A stretch of 62,455 nt of DNA, filler included, from Mycoplasmatota bacterium (GTDB lineage Bacteria > Bacillota_I > Bacilli_A > RF39 > UBA660): NCBI GenBank assembly GCA_012727915.1. It is 5 parts of 5 records of this genome, joined end to end, with 100 filler letters (N's around TTAATTAATTAA, not from the genome) between each part and the next. Parts side by side here need not be neighbours in the genome. Positions count along the whole stretch, not along the records: positions 28,734 to 53,247 come from JAAYGD010000012.1; 4 more parts are not named here. The stretch is one strand, 5' to 3'. Made by a program: the position numbers and the translations under genes. Shown piece by piece: positions 31,164 to 41,271 of the stretch; the first letter of the stretch is position 1, and each line of letters opens with the position of its first letter. Under the pieces are notes generated by a model. It did no database searches and was not told where the DNA came from. It saw nothing but the letters and a program-made list of their open reading frames with translations.

Positions 31164-33195
31164 ATATATATATATATCGATTATTATATTAATTTTTTCT
31201 TTAATATATACTAGTATAAATTTTAAATCAAAATATTCAATTAAAGATAATTTAATAGAAGGTTATATTCATAATTATAAGATTGATGGTAATAAATTAA
31301 ATATAGAAGTAATAGGTAAAGAAAAAATAATTGGAAATTATTATTTTAAAAATAATGAAGAGATATATAATTTTAAAAAAAAATATAAATTTGGAGATTA
31401 TGTTAAAATATCTTGTGAATTATATTATCCTAAAGAGAGTGGTCTATTTAATCAATTTAGTTATAAAGAATATTTAAGACAAAATAAAATATATTTATTG
31501 ATGAAAATTAATACAATTAATAAGACTTTAAATAATAATAAGATTAGATACTCAATTAAAAATTTTATAGTAAACAGAATAGAAAGCATTCTTCTTTCCA
31601 AAAAATACTTATATGCTTTTATGATAGGAGAGGAATATTATATAGATTCTAAAGTTAAAGATAGTTATCAAATTAATGGAATAAGTCATTTATTTGCGGT
31701 CTCTGGTTCTAATATAACATTCGTAGTAATGATATTATTAAAAATTATTAATAAATTTAAATACAAATATTTGTTTATATTTTCTTATGTATTATTATAT
31801 ATGTTTTTAACTGATTTTACTGCTTCAATTGTAAGATCGGGTGTATTTTTTATTGTTTTAACATTAAATAAAATATATAAATGGAATATTAGAATAATTG
31901 ATATATTATTTATTACATTAAGTCTATCTTTAATATATAATCCATACTTAATACATAGTGTTGGTTTTCAATTTTCCTTTATTATAAGTATGTATTTAAT
32001 TATATTCCAAAAAAAGATTTTGAAATATAAAAATTATATAGTAATACTTATAATAGTATCTACTATTGCTTTCTTATCAAGTCTTCCAATAGTCTTAAAT
32101 AATTTTTATGAATTTAATTTATTAAGTATATTTTTAAATTTAATATATGTTCCATTTGTTTCTTTTATATTATTTCCTTTATCTTTAATATGTTTTATTT
32201 TGCCTTTCTTAGATAAAATTCTATTCTTTTTTACAAATATATTAGAGTATAGTTCGTTGATGTTTTCAAAAATAGATTTTTTTAAAATAATAATAGGAAA
32301 ACCGTCATTTTTATTAATTATTATTTATTACATTGTAATTACTATTATTATGATTAATCCAAAATATTTATATTTATTAATTATTTGTTTAATTATTAAT
32401 AAGTTAATGTATTATTCGTTTTATCCTAGTATAGAATTTATTGATGTTGGTCAAGGAGATTCTATATTGATTAAATTGAATGGTAATAAAAATGTATTGG
32501 TTGATACTGGAGGAATATTAAAATATGAAGATTCATTTAAAAGAATAAATGATTTTTCAATTGGAGATGATGTTCTATCTCCTTATTTAAAATCTATAGG
32601 TATAAGTAGATTAGAATGTCTAATAATAACGCATGGTGACATGGATCATATTGGAGGTTCGGAAGCTATAATGAATAATTTTAATGTCAATAATTTATTT
32701 TTAAATGGAAATTTAAATGAACTTGAAAAAAAATTAATAATATATAATCCCAAGTATTTAAAAGATAATGATGTTTTAAAAATAAACAATTATATTTTTT
32801 ATATTTTAAATCCTAGTTATGATACTAATGAAAATGATTCTAGTATAATATTATATTTTACTATAAATAATATAAATATTTTGTTAATGGGAGATGCTTC
32901 AAGAATAATTGAGGAAAAGATTATTCAAAAATATAATTTAGATATTGATATATTAAAGATTGGTCACCATGGCTCTAAAACTAGTACTTCGATTAATTTT
33001 ATTAAGAAAACAACTCCTTATTATGGTATAATTTCGGTAGGGGAAAACAATAGATTTAATCATCCGCATAAAGAAGTATTGGAAATATTAAATAATAACA
33101 ATGTCAATGTTTTTAGAACTGATTATTATGGAAGTATTAAATTTATCTTTAAAGATAAATTATTAATAAAGACTGGGAGAAAGTATGAAGGATAA
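31135..33195 (+). CDS. comEC: DNA uptake channel ComEC/Rec2
   Basis: GISHLFAVSG competence domain; DVGQGD, THGDMDHIGG, GHHGS MBL domain; start uncertain (31105 or 31135). Confidence 0.92.
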   Translation: MILKILLKYKYIYISIIILIFSLIYTSINFKSKYSIKDNLIEGYIHNYKIDGNKLNIEVIGKEKIIGNYYFKNNEEIYNFKKKYKFGDYVKISCELYYPKESGLFNQFSYKEYLRQNKIYLLMKINTINKTLNNNKIRYSIKNFIVNRIESILLSKKYLYAFMIGEEYYIDSKVKDSYQINGISHLFAVSGSNITFVVMILLKIINKFKYKYLFIFSYVLLYMFLTDFTASIVRSGVFFIVLTLNKIYKWNIRIIDILFITLSLSLIYNPYLIHSVGFQFSFIISMYLIIFQKKILKYKNYIVILIIVSTIAFLSSLPIVLNNFYEFNLLSIFLNLIYVPFVSFILFPLSLICFILPFLDKILFFFTNILEYSSLMFSKIDFFKIIIGKPSFLLIIIYYIVITIIMINPKYLYLLIICLIINKLMYYSFYPSIEFIDVGQGDSILIKLNGNKNVLVDTGGILKYEDSFKRINDFSIGDDVLSPYLKSIGISRLECLIITHGDMDHIGGSEAIMNNFNVNNLFLNGNLNELEKKLIIYNPKYLKDNDVLKINNYIFYILNPSYDTNENDSSIILYFTINNINILLMGDASRIIEEKIIQKYNLDIDILKIGHHGSKTSTSINFIKKTTPYYGIISVGENNRFNHPHKEVLEILNNNNVNVFRTDYYGSIKFIFKDKLLIKTGRKYEG

Positions 33196-34111
33196 AATTA
33201 TTCTTATATATGGTGATGAACCTTTTTTAATAAATAAAAAAATAGATGAGATTATTAATATAGATAGTGTTATTGTTTATGATATGGAAGTATCTTCAAT
33301 GGAAGATGTTAAAGAAGAAGCAATATCTTTTTCGATGTTTTCGGATAGTAAAGATATATTATGCAATAATTGTAATTTTTTAACTTCAAGTTTAGATAAT
33401 AAAGAATATTCTGAAATATTAATTGATATATTAAATAAACCTTTAGATAATAGATTAATTTTAATTGTAAATGGAAAAGTTGATGAAAGAAAAAAAGCAG
33501 TAAAAGAATTAATTAAGATTGGTAAAGTATTTGTCTTTAATGCTTTAAAAGATTATGAAATAACCAAATATATTGGTGAACAATTTAAGAAAAAAGGATA
33601 TCAAATTGATATATCCACAATTAATTATTTTCAAAATTATGTGGGTAATAATTTATATATAATAAATAATGAGATAGAGAAAATGGATTTATATAAAGAA
33701 GATAATGTTGTTACAAAAGAAGATATAAATGCTGTTTCTTCTAAAGCTATAGAAGATAACATATTTGAATTAATTGATGCTGTAGTTAATAAGAACATTG
33801 ATAAAGCATTAAAAATATATGATGATTTAATATTAATGAATGAAGATGAAGTAAAATTAATAAGTATATTGGCGGATCAATTTAGATTAATATTTCAAAC
33901 AAAAAACTTATATAATTTGGGTTTTTCAGAAGCGAATGTTATTAAACAATTGGATATTCATCCATATAGAATAAAATTAGCAAGTTCTTCTCATATATCA
34001 ATGGAAGAAGCTAAAAGGTTTTTGATTAAATTATATAATTTGGATGTTTCAATAAAAACAGGAAAAAAAGAAAAAAAATCAGCTTTTAAAATGTTCTTAT
34101 TAGAGTTATAA
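33185..34111 (+). CDS. holA: DNA polymerase III delta subunit
   Basis: LIYGDEPFLI, DERKK, IHPYRIK; conserved position after comEC. Confidence 0.9.
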   Translation: MKDKIILIYGDEPFLINKKIDEIINIDSVIVYDMEVSSMEDVKEEAISFSMFSDSKDILCNNCNFLTSSLDNKEYSEILIDILNKPLDNRLILIVNGKVDERKKAVKELIKIGKVFVFNALKDYEITKYIGEQFKKKGYQIDISTINYFQNYVGNNLYIINNEIEKMDLYKEDNVVTKEDINAVSSKAIEDNIFELIDAVVNKNIDKALKIYDDLILMNEDEVKLISILADQFRLIFQTKNLYNLGFSEANVIKQLDIHPYRIKLASSSHISMEEAKRFLIKLYNLDVSIKTGKKEKKSAFKMFLLEL

Positions 34112-34139
34112 AAAATAGAGATAATAATTTATCTCTATT

Positions 34140-35030
34140 TTATATTGAATCTATATAATTACATGCATTTATTGCAGCAATAGTGCCATCAGATGAAGCA
34201 GTAGTTAATTGTCTTATATTTTTCGTTCTACAATCTCCCGCAACGAATATTCCATCTATATTTGTCTTGCATTCTTCATCAGCATCAATATATCCATATT
34301 TATCAAGTTTTATAATATTTTTAAATGTTTCATTTTGAGGTATTAATCCAATCAATACAAATACACCATCTACATTTATTGTTCTATTTCCAACAGTAAT
34401 ACTTTCTAAAGAAGTATCTCCATTTAATTTATCAACTTTTGAATTAAATATATATTCTATATTTTTTATATTATTAATTTTTTCAATTAGCTTTTCTTCA
34501 GCAGTAAGTTTATCTAACATTTGCACTATATATATTTTATTTACTATTTCAGATAAATATATTGCACTTACTACAGCGGTATTTCCTCCACCTACAATAG
34601 CAACATCTTTTCCTTTAAAGAAAGCACCATCACATAATACACAGTAAGATATTCCTTTACCAATTAATCTTTCTTCATTATCAATTCCTAAAGATCTATG
34701 TTTTGAACCAGTTGCTATAATAATTGTTTTTGATTCATAAGTATTGTATTCGGTTGTAACAATTTTTTTATCTTTCAAATCTTCAATATTAATTACTTTT
34801 TCAAGTTCAAAATCAACTCCTAACTCTATTATTTGATCAAATAAATTATTTGAAAATTCAACTCCACTTATTTTCATAAAACCTGGATAATTTTCAACTA
34901 AAGGAGAAGTAGCAATTTGTCCTCCAATGGTTTCTTGTTCTAGTATTAATACCTTTTTATTTGCTCTAGCAGAGTATAGAGCTGCAGTCATCCCAGCAGC
35001 TCCTGCTCCAATTACAATAATATCGTACAT
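34140..35030 (-). CDS. trxB: Thioredoxin reductase
   Basis: GAGAAG, ENYPG, CVLCDG, GGGNTA, AGDC. Confidence 0.93.
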   Translation of the reverse strand: MYDIIVIGAGAAGMTAALYSARANKKVLILEQETIGGQIATSPLVENYPGFMKISGVEFSNNLFDQIIELGVDFELEKVINIEDLKDKKIVTTEYNTYESKTIIIATGSKHRSLGIDNEERLIGKGISYCVLCDGAFFKGKDVAIVGGGNTAVVSAIYLSEIVNKIYIVQMLDKLTAEEKLIEKINNIKNIEYIFNSKVDKLNGDTSLESITVGNRTINVDGVFVLIGLIPQNETFKNIIKLDKYGYIDADEECKTNIDGIFVAGDCRTKNIRQLTTASSDGTIAAINACNYIDSI

Positions 35031-37396
35031 TATTTATTTTCTTCCAAATATTTTTTTATGTTAGATACACCAAGTATTTTAGAAGTGTTTCCATCTTTAA
35101 TAACTATTAACGTTGGAACTTGGTTAATATCATAAGATGTAGTTAATTCTTCATTTTCTTCGGCATCTACATAATCATATTTAACATTTTCTTTATCTAT
35201 TATTACTTTTGCGACTTTACAATTAGGACAAGTTTTTGTTCCAAATAAAGTTATTGAATTTGGTTTATCGTTTTTTACTTCAGTTGTTTTTTCTTCTTTT
35301 TTCTTAAATTCTTTATTTAAATTAGAGTGTTCAGTTTCATATAATTTTCTGTGTTTATATTCTTGAGTTTTTCCATCATTCCAATTTTGAACCGGTCTAT
35401 AGTATCCGGTTATTCTACTATATACTTCTGTTACTCCTCCACATTCAGGACAATTGAAGTGTTCTCCTACTAAATAACCATGAGTTCTGCAAATAGAGTA
35501 GGTAGGAGACATAGTATAATAAGGTAATTTAAAGTTCTCTGCAATTTTTTTAACTAATTCTGCTGCTGATTTCCAATTAGGAAGTTTTTCTCCTAAGAAT
35601 GTATGAAATACAGTTCCTGATGTATATAGTACTTGAAGTTCATCTTGTATTTCTAATGCTTTAAATACATCTTCTGTAAATGAAACTGGTAAATGAGAAC
35701 TATTTGTATAATAAGGAGTTTCATCTTGATTAGATGCTGTTAGTATTTCTGGATATTTTTCTTTGTCATGTTTTGCTAATCTATAACTAGTAGATTCTGC
35801 AGGTGTAGCTTCAAGATTAAATAAGTCTCCATATTTTTCTTGATAATCAGATAATCTATTTCTCATATGATTTAAAACATCTTTAGTAAATTCTTGAGCT
35901 TTTTCATGAGTCAAATCTTCTTTAATCCAATCTGCATTTAAACAAGCTTCATTCATACCTACTAACCCAATCGTTGAGAAATGATTGTTGAATGTTCCTA
36001 AGTATCTTTTAGTATAAGGATACAAACCAGCTTCTAAGAATTTAGATATAACATGTCTTTTTGTATCTAATGAATTAGCTGCTATATCCATCATATCATT
36101 AAGTTTTTCATAAAATTCTTCTTCTGATTTAGATAGATAAGCTATTCTTGGCATATTTAAAGTTACTACACCTATTGATCCGGTAGATTCTCCACTTCCG
36201 AAAAAACCACCAGATTTTTTTCTTAATTCTCTTAAATCTAATCTTAATCTACAACACATACTTCTAACATCACTTGGTTCCATATCACTATTAATATAAT
36301 TAGAAAAATAAGGTGTACCATATTTTGCAGTCATTTCAAATAATAATTTATTATTTTCAGTTTCACTCCAATCAAAGTTTTTAGTTATAGAGTAGGTAGG
36401 AATTGGATATTGAAAACCTCTTCCATTAGCGTCTCCTTCTATCATTATTTCTATAAAAGCCTTATTAACCATATCCATTTCTTTTTGACAATCCTTATAT
36501 TTAAAATCTAGTTCTTTTCCACCAACTAAAGCATTTAATTCTGCCATATCATTTGGAACAACCCAATCTAAAGTTATATTTGTAAATGGTGCTTGGGTTC
36601 CCCATCTACTTGGTGTGTTAACTCCATATACAAATGATTGAATACTTTGTTTTACTTCTTTAAAAGATAAATTATCTGCTTTAACAAAAGGCGCTAAGTA
36701 AGTATCAAATGATGAGAAAGCTTGAGCTCCTGCCCATTCATTTTGCATTATTCCTAAAAAGTTAACCATTTGATTACATAGAGTAGATAAGTGTTTTGGA
36801 GGAGAAGAAGTAATCTTTCCTGGAACTCCACCTAACCCTTCTTGAATTAATTGCTTTAAAGACCAACCTGCACAATATCCTGTTAACATAGATAAATCAT
36901 GAATATGAATATCTGCATTTTTATGTGCTTTCGCAACTTCATCATTATATACTTCACTTAACCAATAATTTGCGGTTATAGCTCCAGAATTACTTAATAT
37001 TAAACCTCCAACAGAGTAAGTAACTGTAGAATTTTCTTTTACTCTCCAATCACTAATGTTTAAATATTTATTAACTACATCTTTATAATCAAGTACTGTA
37101 TCTTTAATATTACGCATTTTTTCGTGTAATTTTCTATAAAGAATATATGCTTTAGCAACATCAGGATAACCCGCTAAAGATAAAGTCTCTTCAACACTAT
37201 CTTGAATGTCTTCTACTGATATTACTCCATCAACTATTTTGGGCTCAAAATTCGAAGTAACTTTTAATGCAATAAAATCTATTACATTATCAGTAAATTC
37301 CTTATTTTCAGCTTCGAAAGCTGATTTAATAGCAGCTCCAATCTTTTCTATTTTAAATTCAACTAATTTCCCATCTCTTTTTTTAACTTTGTACAT
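35030..37396 (-). CDS. nrdD: Class III ribonucleoside-triphosphate reductase with ATP-cone and C-terminal glutaredoxin-like domain
   Basis: VKKRDG ATP cone, GYCAGW, SMCCR, CRTHG..CPECG, YSRITGYY glycyl site; tail TKTCPNC..QVPTL. Confidence 0.92.
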   Translation of the reverse strand: MYKVKKRDGKLVEFKIEKIGAAIKSAFEAENKEFTDNVIDFIALKVTSNFEPKIVDGVISVEDIQDSVEETLSLAGYPDVAKAYILYRKLHEKMRNIKDTVLDYKDVVNKYLNISDWRVKENSTVTYSVGGLILSNSGAITANYWLSEVYNDEVAKAHKNADIHIHDLSMLTGYCAGWSLKQLIQEGLGGVPGKITSSPPKHLSTLCNQMVNFLGIMQNEWAGAQAFSSFDTYLAPFVKADNLSFKEVKQSIQSFVYGVNTPSRWGTQAPFTNITLDWVVPNDMAELNALVGGKELDFKYKDCQKEMDMVNKAFIEIMIEGDANGRGFQYPIPTYSITKNFDWSETENNKLLFEMTAKYGTPYFSNYINSDMEPSDVRSMCCRLRLDLRELRKKSGGFFGSGESTGSIGVVTLNMPRIAYLSKSEEEFYEKLNDMMDIAANSLDTKRHVISKFLEAGLYPYTKRYLGTFNNHFSTIGLVGMNEACLNADWIKEDLTHEKAQEFTKDVLNHMRNRLSDYQEKYGDLFNLEATPAESTSYRLAKHDKEKYPEILTASNQDETPYYTNSSHLPVSFTEDVFKALEIQDELQVLYTSGTVFHTFLGEKLPNWKSAAELVKKIAENFKLPYYTMSPTYSICRTHGYLVGEHFNCPECGGVTEVYSRITGYYRPVQNWNDGKTQEYKHRKLYETEHSNLNKEFKKKEEKTTEVKNDKPNSITLFGTKTCPNCKVAKVIIDKENVKYDYVDAEENEELTTSYDINQVPTLIVIKDGNTSKILGVSNIKKYLEENK

Positions 37397-37412
37397 ATTA
37401 TCTCTCCCTTTC

Positions 37413-38096
37413 TTAAATACCTCTAATCTCCACATTTTTTATTTCTTTTTCTAATATTTGTTTAAAATCACATAATTTTTCTTTAGGATGAGCTTTTAAA
37501 CCATCTTTTATTAAATGACCAGAATCTTCAAATTGTTGCAATACATATTTCTTTGAATCTTTTAACCATTTTGATATTTCAATAATATCTTCATTTTCAT
37601 GATAATCTTTTACTATAGTTGTTCTAAATTCATAATCAATATTTCCATTCATTAATAATCTAATTGATTCTTCAATATTATCTATATTAACTTTGGTTCC
37701 TGAAGTTTCACTATACTTTTTTTTAGAATTTTTAATATCCATTGCTACATAATCTATTAATTTTTCATCTATTAATTCTTTTAATAATTTTGGATTGGTT
37801 CCGTTGGTGTCAAGTTTTATTAAATAACCAATATCTTTAATTTTTTTTATATATCCTTTTAGATCTTTTTGTATAGTTGGTTCACCACCAGTTATACAGA
37901 TAGCATCCAAATATTTTTTTCTATTATTTAAGTAATCTATTATCTTTTCATTATCTAATTCATCATCTTCATAATTTACTAATCTTGCATTTTGACAAAA
38001 AGGACATTTGAAATTGCATCCACCTGTAAATATTGTCGCAGCAACATGCCCAGGATAATCTAACAATGTTAGTTTTTGAAATCCAAGTATTTGCAT
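37413..38096 (-). CDS. nrdG: Anaerobic RNR activating radical SAM enzyme
   Basis: GCNFKCPFCQN, TGGEPT, DTNG; directly upstream of nrdD. Confidence 0.92.
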   Translation of the reverse strand: MQILGFQKLTLLDYPGHVAATIFTGGCNFKCPFCQNARLVNYEDDELDNEKIIDYLNNRKKYLDAICITGGEPTIQKDLKGYIKKIKDIGYLIKLDTNGTNPKLLKELIDEKLIDYVAMDIKNSKKKYSETSGTKVNIDNIEESIRLLMNGNIDYEFRTTIVKDYHENEDIIEISKWLKDSKKYVLQQFEDSGHLIKDGLKAHPKEKLCDFKQILEKEIKNVEIRGI

Positions 38097-38221
38097 ATCA
38101 AACTCCTTTCTATTTTTTAAGTTCATTTTAATTCTAACATAAACAAAAAAATAAAAGAATAGTTTTATTCATTTTATTTTTAAAAAGACATCTTTTTACA
38201 TTGAATTATAATAATATAATA

Positions 38222-38248
38222 AATAATTATTGTAAAACAATAATTATT
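38222..38248. promoter_or_regulatory. 12-bp inverted repeat, probable operator
   Basis: AATAATTATTGT-AAA-ACAATAATTATT next to TGATATAAT -10 of the HTH gene. Confidence 0.5.
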
Positions 38249-38290
38249 GTGATATAATCTTTACAACAATTAAACAAAGAGGTGAAATAA

Positions 38291-38503
38291 ATGATAGTTT
38301 TAAGAATAGATAGAGTGCTTGCTGATAGAAAAAAATCATCAAAAGAATTGTCTAAAATATTAAATATTACTGAAGCAAATTTTTCTATATTAAAAAATGG
38401 AAAATCTAAATCAATAATGTTTGATACTTTAAATACTTTGTGCAAAACTTTAGAATGTCAACCTAAAGACTTAATAGAGTATATTCCTGATTTTGAAGAT
38501 TAA
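38291..38503 (+). CDS. Cro/C1-type HTH regulator (YozG-like)
   Basis: NITEANFSILKNGK..FDTL..C..LECQPKDL. Confidence 0.88.
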   Translation: MIVLRIDRVLADRKKSSKELSKILNITEANFSILKNGKSKSIMFDTLNTLCKTLECQPKDLIEYIPDFED

Positions 38504-39678
38504 TCAGAATAATTTTTAAAATATCCCTTTATATAAACAACAGGGGTTCCTTTATCACCACTTCCACTTGTTAAATCACATAGACTTCCTAACAAATCAG
38601 TATATCTTCTTGGAGTAGTACCTTGAGTTGCCATTTGTCCTTTTAATTCTTTTTCTTTGTTTTTAATTTCTTCTTTTATTGCGTTATTCAATTTATCGCC
38701 AGATAAACCTTTAAATTTGTTTTCTGAAAAATATTTTAATTTAATTTCATTTGGGCTTCCTTCGAGACATTTAGTATAAGCAGGACTTACTACTGGATCT
38801 GCGAGTTCCCAAATTTTTCCTATTGGATCTTTAAAAGCTCCATCGCCATATATCATTACTTCGATATTTTTTCCAGTTAGTTTTTTTAATTTTTTTTGAA
38901 TATTGTTGACTAATATATCACCATCTTTTGGAAATAATTTAACTTTTTCTTCGGTAGATCTATTAGATCCAAGAAGACCATAATCCTTATTATATCCACT
39001 ACCATTTATACTTTCACTCATTATTTCAGATAATAATAATATATTAGTATCTTTTTTACTTAATCTTTTTTTTGTATCAAATCTGTCATGAATATTTGCA
39101 ACTAACACGTCTTTAGTATAATTCAAAATAGTTTCAGGATTATTAGAAAAAACAAATTCTATTTCACAATTTTCTTTTTTACATAAATCTCTATAAAATT
39201 CAACCATATTAACACCAGTAAATAAATGTTTGAAATGTGAAAAATATTTATTATATTCTTTTTCACTAATTACAGAATTTAAATTAAAGTTATTCTTTTC
39301 TAAGTCTTCTTTATATAATATGTCGTTACCCACTTCATCTGATGGAAAACTTAATAACATGGTAATCTTTTTAGTAGATCTTGCAATTGCGGATAGTAAA
39401 ACTGCAAATCTATTTCTACTTAATATTGGATAAACAACACCAATATGGTCTGATTTTAATTTCCTTTTGATATCAGTTTTGATATTATCAAGTGTTGCAT
39501 AATTCCCTTGACTAATTCCTACTACAGCTTCAGTAATAGCTACTACATCTTTATCATCAAAATTAAATCCTTCTGATTCTTTAGCTTTTAATAAAGAATC
39601 TATCACTATATCTTCTAAATTGTCTCCTTCTTTTATTACGGGAGTTCTAATACCTCTTACAACAGTTCCTACATTCAT
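38500..39678 (-). CDS. CofE/F420-0:gamma-glutamyl ligase-family protein
   Basis: GIRTPVIKEGD..DVVAITE N-terminus, DLTSGSGDKGTPVV C-terminus. Confidence 0.75.
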   Translation of the reverse strand: MNVGTVVRGIRTPVIKEGDNLEDIVIDSLLKAKESEGFNFDDKDVVAITEAVVGISQGNYATLDNIKTDIKRKLKSDHIGVVYPILSRNRFAVLLSAIARSTKKITMLLSFPSDEVGNDILYKEDLEKNNFNLNSVISEKEYNKYFSHFKHLFTGVNMVEFYRDLCKKENCEIEFVFSNNPETILNYTKDVLVANIHDRFDTKKRLSKKDTNILLLSEIMSESINGSGYNKDYGLLGSNRSTEEKVKLFPKDGDILVNNIQKKLKKLTGKNIEVMIYGDGAFKDPIGKIWELADPVVSPAYTKCLEGSPNEIKLKYFSENKFKGLSGDKLNNAIKEEIKNKEKELKGQMATQGTTPRRYTDLLGSLCDLTSGSGDKGTPVVYIKGYFKNYSD

Positions 39679-39753
39679 AATATCTCCTTACTATTTTATT
39701 ATATCAATTTTTTAATACTTTTGATATAATTTGAATATTAAAAAGGAGGTAAT

Positions 39754-40299
39754 ATGAGAAAAGAATATATAAAAAAGAGAACTAAATTTACATCTAGCAC
39801 ATATATGAGAGAAGCAGTAAACTATGAAGTAATATCTATTAAGGAAGAAGATTTATTTATTACTATAAAAAAATATAATGAAATGAATGGGAAATTTTCT
39901 TTAGTGAATGAAGACGGAAAAGAAAGAGATTATATAAAAGAAGGTTATTATGTGATTGAACTTACTCCTTTAAAAGAACATTATAATATAAGATATTATT
40001 TTGATGATAAAAAGAAATTGATTGATTATTATATAGATATATCTTTAAAAAATGGAGTAGAGTACAAAATGCCATATTATGTAGATTTATATTTGGATAT
40101 ACTTCATTATCCTAATGAAAATGAATTTAAGTTTTGCGATGAAAATGAATTAGAAGAAGCATTAAAAAACAAAATAATAAGCAAAAAAGATTATGCTTTG
40201 GCTTACAAAACTGGAAATAGATTATTAAAAGAAATTAAAGAAGGTAATAATAAATATTTAAAAATGGACGTAGTAAAATATATAAATAGATATTACTAA
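39754..40299 (+). CDS. DUF402-family protein
   Basis: YYIDI, YVDLYLDI, DENELEEA motifs. Confidence 0.75.
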   Translation: MRKEYIKKRTKFTSSTYMREAVNYEVISIKEEDLFITIKKYNEMNGKFSLVNEDGKERDYIKEGYYVIELTPLKEHYNIRYYFDDKKKLIDYYIDISLKNGVEYKMPYYVDLYLDILHYPNENEFKFCDENELEEALKNKIISKKDYALAYKTGNRLLKEIKEGNNKYLKMDVVKYINRYY

Positions 40300-40325
40300 A
40301 AAAATCAAGAAAACTTCTTGATTTT

Positions 40326-40943
40326 TTAAAACTTTCTATATAATCCAATTGCTTTACCTAAGATGGTAACATCATCTAATATTATATCTTCCATTGCTTT
40401 ATTTTCTGGGTGCAATCTAATATATGTTTTTTCTTTATAGAATCTTTTTAATGTTACTTCATTTTCGTTAGTCATTGCAACAACAATATCTCCGTTTTTA
40501 GCGTCGTTTGTTCTTTCAACTATTACGATATCATTATCAAATATACCTGCTTCAATCATAGATTCTCCACTTACTTTAAGCGTAAACACTTCTTTTCTAG
40601 TTGGAATCATATACGCTGGTAGTGAAAAATATTCATTAGGATTATGTATTGCTTCGATTGGATTACCTGCTGTAATTTTTCCTAATAGAGGAACACTAAC
40701 GATAGATTCATCTTTTTTAATAAATTCATTGTCTATGAGCAACTCTATTGCTCTATTTTTTTTATCATCTTTTTTAATATATCCTTTATCCTCTAAATTG
40801 CTTAAATGAGAGTGAATTGTTGCGGGTGATGATAATCCAAGTGAATATCCAATTTCTCTAACAGTTGGTGGATATCCATTTGAAACAATATATTTTTTTA
40901 TAAATTGTATAATGTCTTCTTGTCTTTTTGTAAGTTTATCCAT
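40326..40943 (-). CDS. lexA: SOS repressor LexA
   Basis: GYPPTVREI, AG cleavage site (ITAGNP), GESM Ser, VTLKR Lys. Confidence 0.97.
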   Translation of the reverse strand: MDKLTKRQEDIIQFIKKYIVSNGYPPTVREIGYSLGLSSPATIHSHLSNLEDKGYIKKDDKKNRAIELLIDNEFIKKDESIVSVPLLGKITAGNPIEAIHNPNEYFSLPAYMIPTRKEVFTLKVSGESMIEAGIFDNDIVIVERTNDAKNGDIVVAMTNENEVTLKRFYKEKTYIRLHPENKAMEDIILDDVTILGKAIGLYRKF

Positions 40944-40994
40944 AGTACCTCCTTTTTATTATGAATTTATATTAACACATAAAATGTAAAATGT

Positions 40995-41036
40995 CAAACA
41001 AACGTTCGCAATGTAATTGACGCGAACATTTGTTTG
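40995..41036. promoter_or_regulatory. Two SOS boxes
   Basis: CAAACAAACGTTCG (40995-41008) and CGAACATTTGTTTG (41023-41036) each match GAAC-N4-GTTC with one mismatch; they lie within the divergent promoter region. Confidence 0.85.
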
Positions 41037-41067
41037 TGATTAAATTGAATTATAAAAGGAGGTAAGT

Positions 41068-41214
41068 ATGAAAGGATTAAGTGAAAAAATGTTTTTTTGG
41101 GGAATGTATTTTACTTTTATAATGATTACATTAATTTGTATTTGGGGGGTTCAAAATATAAATGATACTCCTAAATTTGGAGGAAATGAAATAATAGTTC
41201 TTAATAATAATTAA
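41068..41214 (+). CDS. 48-aa single-TM protein under SOS control (not in ORF track)
   Basis: AAGGAGG RBS; MKGLSEKMFFWGMYFTFIMITLICIWGVQNINDTPKFGGNEIIVLNNN. Confidence 0.75.
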   Translation: MKGLSEKMFFWGMYFTFIMITLICIWGVQNINDTPKFGGNEIIVLNNN

Positions 41215-41271
41215 ATTGTTTTTATTGTTTTAGCATGCTATAATATTTCTATAATAGGAAGGGGATTTAGC

